From: Chrysomallon squamiferum
Lineage: Eukaryota; Animalia; Mollusca
Length of the DNA stretch: 64,000 nt
NCBI GenBank assembly: GCA_012295275.1
Contig: CM022674.1
Coordinates: 17,608,001-17,672,000 of the forward strand
Direction of reading: 5' to 3'
The notes beneath the pieces were generated by a model. It made no database searches, was not told the DNA's origin, and saw only the letters and a program-made list of their open reading frames with translations. Both the position numbers and the translations under genes were made by a program. Of this stretch, positions 1 to 11,716 are shown piece by piece. Each line of letters starts with the position of its first letter. Position 1 is the first letter of the stretch.

Positions 1-2340
1 AACTAAATCTAACCATAATACACAGTTTAACCCTAATAATAAGGTAAACAGATAACTAAATCTAACCATAATACTAACTTTAACCCTAGTCATAAGGTAA
101 ACAGATAACTAAATCTAACCATAATACTAACTTTAACCCTAGTCATAAGGTAAACAGATAACTAAATCTAACCATAATACTAACTTTAACCCTAGTCATA
201 AGGTAAACAGATAACTAAATCTAACCATAATACTCTAACTTTAACCCTAGTCATAAGGTAAACAGATAACTAAATCTAACCATAATACTAACTTTAACCC
301 TAGTCATAAGGTAAACAGATAACTAAATCTAACCATAATACTAACTTTAACCTAGTCATAAGGTAAACAGATAACTAAATCTAACCATAATACTAACTTT
401 AACCCTAGTCATAAGGTAAACAGATAACTAAATCTAACCATAATACTAACTTTAACCCTAGTCATAAGGTAAACAGATAACTAAATCTAACCATAATACT
501 AACTTTAACCCTAGTCATAAGGTAAACAGATAACTAAAATCTAGCAATAATAATAACTTTAACCCTAGTCATAAGGTAAACAGATAACTAAATCTAACCA
601 TAATACTAACTTTAACCCTAGTCATAAGGTAAACAGATAACTAAATCTAACCATAATACTAACTTTAACCCTAGTCATAAGGTAAACAGATAACTAAATC
701 TAACCATAATACTAACTTTAACCCTAGTCATAAGGTAAACAGATAACTAAATCTAGCCATAATACTAACTTTAACCCTTTCATAAGGTAAACAGATAACT
801 AAATCTAACCATAATACTAACTTTAACCCTAGTCATAAGGTAAACAGATAACTAAATCTAACCATAATACTAACTTTAACCCTAGTCATAAGGTAAACAG
901 ATAACTAAATCTAACCATAATACTAAATTTAACCATTAACCCTAGTCATAAGGTAAACAGATAACTAAATCTAACCATAATACTAACTTTAACCCTAGTC
1001 ATAAGGTAAACAGATAACTAAATCTAACCATAATACTAACTTTAACCCTAGTCATAAACAGGTAAATCTAGATAATAATAAATCTAACCAAAATACTAAA
1101 AACAGATAACTAAATTAACCATAATACTAACTTTAACCCTAGTCATAAGGTAAACAGATAACTAAATCTAACCATAATACTAACTTTAACCCTAGTCATA
1201 AGGTAAACAGATAACTAAATCTAACCATAATACTAACTTTAACCCTAGTCATAAGGTAAACAGATAACTAAATCTAACCATAATACTAACTTTAACCCTA
1301 GTCATAAGGTAAACAGATAACTAAATCTAACCATAATACTAACTTTAACCCTAGTCATAAGGTAAACAGATAACTAAATCTAACCATAATACTAACTTTA
1401 ACCCTAGTCATAAAGGTAAACAGATAAACAGATAAAATCTAACCATAATACTAACTTTAACCCTAGTCATAAGGTAAACAGATAACTAAATCTAACCATA
1501 ATACTAACTTTAACCCTAGTCATAAGGTAAACAGATAACTAAATCTAACCATAATACTAACTTTAACCCTAGTCATAAGGTAAAGAGATAACTAAATCTA
1601 ACCATAATACTAACTTTAACCCTAGTCATAAGGTAAACAGATAACTAAATCTAAATCTAACCATGATACTAACTTTAACCCTAGTAATAAGGTAAACAGA
1701 TAACTAAATCTAACCATAATACTAACTTTAACCCTAGTCATAAGGTAAACAGATAACTAAATCTAACCATAATACTAACTTTAACCCTAGTCATAAGGTA
1801 AACAGATAACTAAATCTAGCCATAATACTAACTTTAACCCTAGTCATAAGGTAAACAGATAACTAAATCTAACCATAATACTAACTTTAACCCTAGTCAT
1901 AAGGTAAACAGATAACTAAATCTAACCATAATACTAACTTTAACCCTAGTCATAAGGTAAACAGATAACTAAATCTAACCATAATACTAACTTTACTAGT
2001 CAAAACAGGAAACAGATAACTAAATCTAACCAAATACTAACTTTAACCTAGTCAAAACAATAAACACAAGATAACTAAATCTAACCATAATACTAACTTT
2101 AACCTAGTCATATTAAACAGATAAAAATTTAAAATTTTGATGAAAACTTTAACCAAGTATATAAAAACAAATAAATGTAAATTCAACCATTGTTTTAATT
2201 TAACCCTAGGTAAACAGAATAGAACCATAAATACTAACATAATAAGGTAAAACAGATAACTAAAATAAATCTAAAATACTAAATAACTTTAACCCTAGTC
2301 ATAAGGTAAAAACATGTTAAAATAAAATCTAGCCATAATA
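1..2340. repeat. 53-bp tandem satellite, roughly 40 copies, scrambled after about 1990
   Basis: Unit AACTAAATCTAACCATAATACTAACTTTAACCCTAGTCATAAGGTAAACAGAT repeats almost perfectly from the window edge. Confidence 0.97.
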
Positions 2341-2363
2341 CTGTTTTATACATTTTATTTTAG

Positions 2364-2768
2364 TGAAAGTCTTCACACTTTGTCAGAAAAGGAAGTGATA
2401 TTTTTAAATAAGTAAAACGGCAGCTAAACACACTGAACCTTTTTTCAATAATTTAATATTAGTCCAGTGATAAGAATTTTTTAGCTTCATCCTTGCAGAA
2501 TGGTTCATGATTGACTGTAGTAAGTTAGGAAATTTCACAAAATATAGAGTATCTCAGGGAAAAGCAAGAATTTTTTTTTTTTTTTTCTGCTTTTTCTTAT
2601 TATTCTGTGACTAACTGTATTAGTCATTTTATTTTGTAATTGAAATATTATCTTTAATTCAGGCAGTTGAGTTTTCCTATCAGACTGAAGACTGAACTAA
2701 AACTGAAGTCTATAAACAGCATCAATGATATCACTAATCGTCTCAAAATTATTCAACAGCAAAGATGA
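2364..2768 (+). CDS. Last two coding exons (2364-2411, 2663-2768) of an unidentified gene starting left of the window
   Basis: Boundaries ttttag|...|gtaaaa and ttcag|...TGA; phases join (AA+G=Lys) to give ESLHTLSEKEVIFLNKQLSFPIRLKTELKLKSINSINDITNRLKIIQQQR*. Confidence 0.65.
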
Positions 2769-2910
2769 TTTTTCTGTCGCTTCTTTTTATATCATCTCTG
2801 TTTCTAACCTTATTTGAATTTATTTTCTGTCTTACTCTTGGTTTATTTGTTTCCATCCATTTAGTTTCTCTTGAGTGCTTTTCTTTATTGCCATCAGGGT
2901 TTTCCTGGGA

Positions 2911-2934
2911 TTATTATTATTATCGTTATTATTA

Positions 2935-3023
<89 letters not shown>

Positions 3024-3095
3024 GTTATTGTTATTACTATTATTATTATTATTAGTAGTAGTAGTATTGTTGTTGTTGTTGTTGTTGTTATTATT
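2911..3095. repeat. (TTA)n/(TTG)n microsatellite
   Basis: Direct inspection; it is the source of the poly-Y/I/L ORFs. Confidence 0.95.
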
Positions 3096-3359
3096 ATTTT
3101 ATATAATTACTGTTATTATGGTTGTTATTTTGTTATTTTATTTTATTTGTTTTATTACTGTTATTAATAATGCATCACTACAGACTGTATGACAAAATAA
3201 AGTAAAAAACCCACAAAAAAACCCTGCTGAAATGTAATGCATGTCAGGATCAAATCTCCTGCTAGAATATGATTCATGTGATGATAAATCTTTAACATTT
3301 ACAACTAGTTCACATTTTTGTTTTTTTTTATTATATATTTTTTTTTTTTTTTTTTTTGT

Positions 3360-6300
3360 GATGATAATTCGGTATTTCTTTATTAGTTTCTTGTCTGTAT
3401 AAAAATGTTTGAATATTTAGGAATACACTTATTAGTTAAAATAGCTTTTTCTATAGCACAAACATATACACCACAGTTACTGCTATCAATCTGCCTGGAA
3501 TGTCAGAGTAATTAATAAAAGACCACAATGAAGATTTCCATAATATATCTTACGTTCCAACATTAAATAGCTGGAAACATGAAAAATGACTTCATTGTTT
3601 TTACCTCCAAATGTATCACAGTAGTACAGTACGTTTTTTTTTGGATATATCTGTTTCAGTTATTACTCAATGAGTGTTTCTTTCATTCAATGGAACAACA
3701 ACGTATTCATAATCAAACCATCTTTTACATTTACTTTCTGTTACGTGAAATGTCCATCTGGGTTGGTCACTATCACCGTTCACAAATATCTTCTGACCAA
3801 ACCAACCACAATCTACCATGTGAATATGTTGATTCTTCAGTTGTTTTTGAAGTACAGACATGAACACATTACTGTGGCTGCTATTCAGGCAGCTATCATG
3901 TAGAAGAATGTGGTTTATGACATCTGCATTTACAGTTATACCATCAATTTGAGTGCTAACAAAATATACCAATGATTGCATCGCTATTGAATTCTAATCA
4001 ATGAAACGCTGTCTGTGTCTCTCACTCTATTTTTTCGTATTAAAATGTAATATCTGTGATGATACACTGTTTATTATACTCTTGTCGTCAAATAATAACA
4101 ATGATCTGCATGTTTGTAAATCTGTTACGTTTATGTCATTTACAGGTTTCATTTCACAATTCTTAATTTCCAAACTATCAATGTCACAAAAAAAAAAAAG
4201 GAATCGATTCTCCATTCTTTTCTGCAACAGATGAATTAAGCCTGTATGATTGTCCATCAAGTCCTGGCAGTCTTCACGTCATGTAATGTTATTTGGTTCG
4301 TTTCTTGGTTGTCCAAAACTTCTGCAGTCTGATACATAACAGCCAAAGACATAAGCTTGTAAACAGAATAAAAGTGTTTTCATAACATGTTCACTTTTAC
4401 TTTGAAAAGTACTGAGACTTCGCTTAAACCAGGTTCACTGTTGTTATTTGCCTTCAGATATGTTTAGTGACTTCCTGATCAGAAAATGCATTGACCTGAA
4501 CAATGAAAAAGTGTCAAAACATACATACTTTTCATTACATTCCTTGCATGAATAATAATTTAAAAGAAGTGTTTCAGATTTCTCAGCAATAGTAAGTGTA
4601 GCAAAAATACTGATCTTAAATATATGGTTTAAATTCAACTATAAACGTTCACATTGAACTTCTTTCATATTTGTATTCGTTGTGGCAAATATATAATTTG
4701 ATGTCATTTTCTGTTTCCTAGTTCAAATTATCCTGGAATTAGAAAAAAATGTTCTTACAGAGTTGAATGTCACGTTTTATACCTTTGAAATCACTGCTGA
4801 TGCACCAAACATTAATAACAGATTGAGTAAATAATGGCAGATGTTTGTCTACTCTATGGCAGAATAACATGTAGCATGTATGATTAAAGTTGTCAGTTAA
4901 AAAGACAGATCATTATAATCACATGAAACAAACTGACCACAATGTTCAGTAAGTGTGGTATTATGACCTTGGTGACAGGAATCTCCATGGTTTCAAACAA
5001 ACTTTTCAGCTGATACTTAGTTTCTGCTTTTCCTATATTTTTACTCTGATCATTATTTTTCCTGAACAAATTGTGAGGAACTTGAATGTAATTTGAATTT
5101 GTTTTCATATATTCACTCGTAAAGGAAACATTTCTGAATTGTGAAAATAAGAGCTGAAGGGAAAGAAACTAAATGTTCTTTAATAAACATTTATTATGAG
5201 AGCATATGCAGATCTTTTCTATTGTCTTTGATTTACGATAATTATCAAATAACTGTTGTACAGAACTGTAACCCATTGCATCAAGCTGACACGTTATGAA
5301 ATGTGCATGATTATTTTTCCTGACTTTCACTGTAAACAAATATATTTACGTCATAAAACAATATTACCTTGAGCTCTTTCAGTATATTGCCAATAATTTA
5401 ATTTAAACAAATCATAACCATTTTGCTGACCATTAATATTTGTTCTCATTGCATAAGCAACATTTAATACAGCTTTGTGTAAAATATCATCTGGTACTTT
5501 TTCGCAGTGTTTATTTTCATCTTTCAAATGTTGCAGTACTTGCAGTATACTTTCTTCTACTAATTGAACTCGTAATTTTACATAAGTTTCAGAATATACA
5601 GTTAGAGGTTCACATTTATTTTCATAAATAATTAACCATGCAAATCGCTTGCTGCTAGGGCTTGCATCACTGCATTAAAACAGCAGGTGTTGCCAAAATA
5701 TTTCAAAGGTTTCCATGTGAATCCTGTATCGGTGACGTCTGTGTCACCATTTTTTACATATCTCTCACATTCACAGCTGTGATCATGCACTAGGCTGGAT
5801 TCGTTCTTTATTTTAGTGGTATTACTTCTTGTTTCAGTTTTATTTCTGGGTGCTTGCTGAAAAGTACCTTGTTTCTTAAAATTATCTGGTTGCTGTTTAG
5901 ATTTCGCTCACATTTCTGATTTTGTTATATTTATTTTTTTACCAATTGGCTTCTTTATCTTACTTAAATATTGTTTCACTTTCATACAATCTACAGCTGC
6001 CAATTTTTGCACTGAAAAATGATCTAGTCTTTGTTGGGTTCTGCAAAACTTTACCTTGAACAGAGTCAACACTTGGGTTATTTTCTATACTGCTGTTTGG
6101 CATCAACGTTCCCACATACTGACACAAACCAAACATTACATTTATGATACACCAACCCCAGAGACTTTACACTGGAATACACAAGGAACAGAAATATGTC
6201 TATCTGAAAAATGCAGGAAAATGTAAAAATATGCATGAATAATTTACTTACTACCCTGTCTGAGGAAATTAACCTAATAAACTATGTCTGGTTTTTTAGT

Positions 6301-7499
6301 TAAATCATTTCACAATTTACTTGTACATTAGTAGAGTTACCAGACTCGCTGGTATGTAACACTGTTACGGGGCGTCTAACGTAGTCGCATGCGACCCGTA
6401 ATTAACACAGTCGTCACGTGACCAAATTAGAATCCCGCAACAGCCGTAACACTGCTCCCCCAAATTACCACTAACTATACATACAGACCTCCCTGTATCA
6501 GGTAGATAGCTACCCGCTTTGGCTCGGCAGTGACGGTATTCAGGGAACAAGGTCATATATAAATTTATATTTAGCCAATTTTAAATCACTAGAAACACAA
6601 CAACACAAGTTTAGATTTAAAGACTGTATGTATTATATGATCTAATAATAGTTATTTACCATGTAAACTTACAACGCTTACACAGCTGATTACAAACAGT
6701 TTCATGCCACAAAATGACTCCCTCCACATCAGTGAACATACGGGGCATATTAAATGTGTTTATCCCTCAAGGTAACATAGCACACCCGAACATGTATTCG
6801 AATATGCAAGTAAATGAAAATAACCTACTACTTAGCAAGATGATCAGATATCCCCCTATTCTCACCCGCTGTTTTAGAGATAATAATTACACTTTACTTT
6901 GATTGGTCTGATCACAGATTACAAGCCATTCTCCAACTAATGGTTATACTACTTCAAATTAAATATAGTTCAATGATATCTGTTAGAAAACCACATCAAA
7001 CAACCTTTCAGTTGGTCAAACAGAGCCTTAAAAACTTATAGTTATCTAAGTCAGATGGATCTATGTAACTGTCCATCTGAGGGTTAGCCACACGTCTGTT
7101 CTGTACGGTGTAAAAACTGATTGCCCCAAACAAAACACGATCTCTGCTTTTATTACCTAGGAAAGACCACATAGCGGCTCTTTTAACACAGATGTCCCAG
7201 AGTGGTGCCGAGACTGGTTGGAACTTTAGCAGACACAGGTTCCATGGTTCCCCAAAACAACATCTCACCATAGCTTATACAAGTTTTAAGAATAATCTAA
7301 CGTCTATTACATATTAAACAGGAGACGGCTTTCTCCGTCACACTTAGCTTATATAATTCTTAAGGTTGCATATTAAAGAGCAGACTGCTGTCTCCCTTAC
7401 AAACACTATGTCACTAGAGGATGTCAGAGTCAAAAGAACTCGTACAATGCAGTATGCCATTGTAGTGTGTTACTCGTGAATACAGTAAATATTGCTCAT
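3360..7499 (-). pseudogene. Disrupted PHD-like finger + USP (C19) + Ulp1/SENP (C48) dual-protease gene; exons about 7401-7499, 6252-6273 and 6203 to about 3360
   Basis: USP Cys box LKYFGNTCCFNAVMQAL (about 5660-5710), GQQNGYDL (QQDAxEF-like), HLVSFPSALIFTIQK, His box NHGDSCHQGHNT (about 4955-4995) and CYMLFCHR. Ulp1 motifs FDYEYVVVPLNERNTH*(W)VI...YYCDTFG and RQIDSSNCGVYVC (about 3460-3715). Many stops and frameshifts; small upstream exons are phase-compatible. Confidence 0.8.
6363..7342 (-). mobile_element. Probable solo LTR (Gypsy-like), about 980 bp, in an intron of the protease pseudogene
   Basis: TG...CA termini with inverted ends TGTTACGG/CCGTCACA, higher GC than flanks, AATAAA on the minus strand near 7150; no matching TSD seen. 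Confidence 0.6.
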
Positions 7500-7879
7500 C
7501 TAATAAAGAAACCAAAAGTAATTGCATTTTATCAAATATATTTATTATGTTAATTGTTAATAGCATTACAATGAATTCCGTATTAATAATTACCATTATA
7601 ATGAGATAATACAAACATCTAAAAGACATTAGGAAAAGAGTAAACTCTAAATTAATATATTTCAATAAAATTCTGATTTAGTATTTACTGATTTAACTAA
7701 ATTATATTGCTCACACACACGCAGGCACGCACAGACACACAGTAACACAAAAATATATTAATAACAATTATTATATTTCTCATTTAGTATTCAAAATAAG
7801 GTTTACCAGAAGTAAAAAAAAACAAAAAAAAACAGCAAAGTTTAAACAAAGCAGTTAAATTACTGGTGATACTGGAATG

Positions 7880-7970
7880 TGAGTTAATTTCCCACGTCGC
7901 TAATCCCAATAAAAACAATAGCTTAATACAACCGCACTATCACGTGACTTGCACAACCAATCAGACCAAG
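7880..7970. promoter_or_regulatory. Candidate promoter of the protease pseudogene
   Basis: TCACGTGA E-box and two CCAAT motifs clustered just upstream of a minus-strand donor (about 7806). Confidence 0.35.
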
Positions 7971-8329
7971 TGTTTTGTTAATCTGATTTCCTGTTCTTGA
8001 AAGTGAAAACAAAAGCAACTTGTGGAAATGAAAGTCGTGTCTCTTATCTCTTTGTGAAAATATATGTTTATTAGTATTAAAGGGATTTTGTCCATTTTAT
8101 CACCGTAAATTATTTCTAAAGATACGTGAGTATGCAGAATAAAATAAGAAAAGGTAAAAAGAGAAAAAAAATAAGAATACAAATATAAGTGGAGAAAGTG
8201 AACAGAAAATAAAGATAAGTAGTACTGAAGGTGGTCAAGAAGTCGTCATACTGAGGATGTCAAATATACAAGCAGTGAGCTTAAATGTTCAAACTGCACC
8301 ATTTTATCAGTCAACAACAATGTTAATAA

Positions 8330-8880
8330 ATGTACCCTTGGTTTTATCTTCTATGATGATTTAGAACGGTATCCCTTTGTATTTCTATAAAAGTAAAAAT
8401 GATAACCTTTTCAAGGAACTTAATTTGCCAAACCCAAAACAAGATTTCCTAACAACTATATTATTTAATGCATGTTATTATTCTTCTTGGAACAACTTTG
8501 TAAAAGGTGTTTTAGATGATTCTGGTTTAACATATCACAACTTTGATAATGTTAAATGATTACGTGAAACGATATCCAAAATATTACATGATCAACATCA
8601 ACAATTATGGAAAAATCATATTATAACGTTTTCAAAGGATATTAATTACAACATTTTTAAGAATGAACTGAAATTAGAAAACTATTTTACTTTGCTGTCT
8701 CCAAAAAAAAAAAAAAAAAAAAAAATACTAATATCTTATGTAAATTTGGACCCGCGAAAGCTTAACTTCCTACTGAAACCGGATGATGGTCTGATATTCT
8801 AATTAAAACCAGAAAATGTCATATTTGTAATCTTAACAAAATTGGAGATGAATATCACTATATATATGAATATCACTATA
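8330..8880 (+). mobile_element. Degenerate 3' fragment of a non-LTR retrotransposon (LINE) ORF2
   Basis: Translates with breaks to SWNNFVKGVLDDSGL...FKNELKLENY...LPTETG*W...RKCHICNLNKIGDEYHY, matching the LPIETGRW...CxxC...IGDEFHY tail of invertebrate LINEs. Confidence 0.8.
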
Positions 8881-9653
8881 TAAAATTTAGGATCTTTATT
8901 TTTGTGTACTAGAGGATACTTTCCTAAGCTTTTTTCTTTCTTTCTTTCTATTATTATTATTACTGTATATAAAGTTTTTATTTTTATATTAATAAAATTA
9001 AAAGTACTGTGACTATTACACTAATATTATTGGAAATGACTTAATTACACTTCAGCTGTAACTACTAGGTATGCAACAAATGGGATGTGTAACAAGTGAT
9101 AGACAAACACCATTTGTCCATTTTCATGCATTAATTAAAGAAACAGTTAATTGATAGAAAAAATGTAAGCTGAAGATTGAACTAAAGTTACTTCATACAC
9201 AAAATAAAGATAGTAAAAACATTCTATCATGCAAATTAAATAAGAAAAAAGAATCAGTGTAATTAAAAATATATACAAGTATTTGCTATTCAAATTGAAT
9301 CAGCATATTCTAATGATTAAATACATAGAAGTAAAAATAAATAAATATATTCCCAATTAATAATAATGATAATAATATAAATAAACAAATAAATATATAT
9401 TTTAAAAAAGTGTATGAAGATAAAATAAATGTATGAAAAATATTAATTGAATACAATAGCCAAGTATTATAAACAATATATATATACAAAAAAATGTGTA
9501 TCAGTGTCTTAAAAACAATACATGAACTGACACATTTCATACAGTTTATGTAACAGTGGCATAACCAGCAAAGGTTAGCACTTTAGACAATACTTTCTGT
9601 TTTCCATCACTGAAAAACAAACAAGTAAATTAAAAGTAAATCATTAGAAAGCT

Positions 9654-9713
<60 letters not shown>

Positions 9714-11716
9714 GTAATAATGGCAACAAACACAATACAAATAAATCATTATTAATTGAACATAATTTCTGGAAGGAAACAATCATCAAGACAGGCAAAA
9801 TAAATACAAGATATTTATACAAGAAAATCACTCAGTGTAAGTCCAACACATTCCTCAAAATTGTTTTTTAATAAAAATAACTAATCACCAACAAAAAAAT
9901 ATAATAATAATACATAAATTAAAAAAAAAAATTAAAAAAAAAAAATTGTTCGAAACAACTTATTGACAGATAAAATAAAGATAGTATTAAAATTTTATCT
10001 GAAATTAAATCAGTTTAAATCCACACTTACAGTTCAGTGTCAAAGAGATAAATGTAAACGTTAGACAAAAATGTTTCTAATTTAAAATCACATTTATTTT
10101 ATTAATTATTTTCTATTTCTCAATTATTAAATAAATATTCCTACTTAAAACTTACATTTACTTTATTATCCACTATTTTGTAATTATTAAAGCTATATGT
10201 AAAAACTATCAGATGAATGAAGATTTACATTTGCTTTATAAATTTTGTTAGTATTTTCTAATGATAATTTAGTGAAATCTAAACATTATATGAATGTATC
10301 TTTTAATTAATAAAAGAAAAATGCACATATTTTCTTTTGTATGACAATAACAGTAAAAAATAGACTATATTACATTATATATCTAAAATTATAAACATAA
10401 TAAAAATTTAGTACCACAGAACAATTTATTAAAAAAATAATCTATCTCTCACATGCATGTGTATGTGTTTTGTATATTTTACATTTTATTTGACCATATA
10501 AATTTATATATTAAAAGCATGAATAGAAACATTTTGTAAAACAAAAAGGTAAACTCCAGATGAAAATCCAAGTTTACTTAGTACAAACATATAAAAAGTT
10601 GATTTAGTACTAGAGAACTATTGTGTAAAGAAGAAAATAAAAAACAAAAACACTTTTACACAACATTACTATACTACTTTTCTTAATATAAACATAGTAA
10701 AATATTTAGTAATGCAGAATAATTTTGTCAAATAAAAAATATACATTAAATATTCTACACTCTACTTTAAAACACAAATTTAATTATAAAATCCTATTTA
10801 ACAGATATTTTCACAAATAAACAGTCTAATAACAACACAATTAATAATCAAATCATCATGAATAATATAAGAAATCTGATTTAAAAACTGCTTGCCTTTT
10901 CACTTTCTGAATAACCTGATCAAAATTAACATCAGTATTTCTGTTGTTTTATTATTGCTGGGCAGCCAAACATTTCTTAACATCTTTTTCATGGAATTGT
11001 GCAATAAACACCCCAAACTCTTTCAATGAAATTAAAATGAAGTGAAATTTTCATAAAGTCACAGTTATTATAATAGTTCTTGTTATGTTCAGGTCCAATA
11101 GAGACTAAAAAATGCTTAAAGATGCAGCAGCTGTAAAATATGTTAACAACGTTTGTATAGAAACACAAACTACACAATATATGAATAAAATATTTGAACA
11201 GAAACAGCAGAGTGCACAGTACAGTAATGGAATATCTGAATAGAAAGAATTTACAGTATCTAGATATACACCAGACTACACAGCAATATAGTTACACAAA
11301 TTTACACTGTATTTAATTCTTCATCACAATCAATTAGTTCACAGATCTTAGTTTGAAAATGTTGTCTGGCTCATGTATCAGTAATGATACTTTTGAATTC
11401 AAAAATTAAAACTGTACACAGTATTTAACACAATTAAATACACTGACACAACATTACATTAAAAATGTGCACAAATGAAGCAGCTCAAACTGAAACGTCA
11501 GAAATCACTGTATTTCAGGATGAAGTATTACATTAAGATCAACTTTGTACCATGGAAATTACAAACAAAATTTAAATTATTGTGTTTATTATGAACATCA
11601 GTTTTATACAAAAATATTATTTCTGAACAACTTCAAAATGTTCTCACAACCTGATCTCCGACGTAAAGTGATAGTCTGTGTATATAATGTACTAAACTGA
11701 AGAGTTCAGTTTCATA

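Noticed and set aside
1-2340. Regular repeats as a CRISPR array or a true telomere
   Set aside because: There are no unique spacers, the context is eukaryotic, and there is only one perfect TAACCC per 53-bp unit
2765-3192. Poly-Y/I/L ORFs, and similar HT/YI/SL/CV ORFs throughout the window
   Set aside because: They are translations of microsatellites
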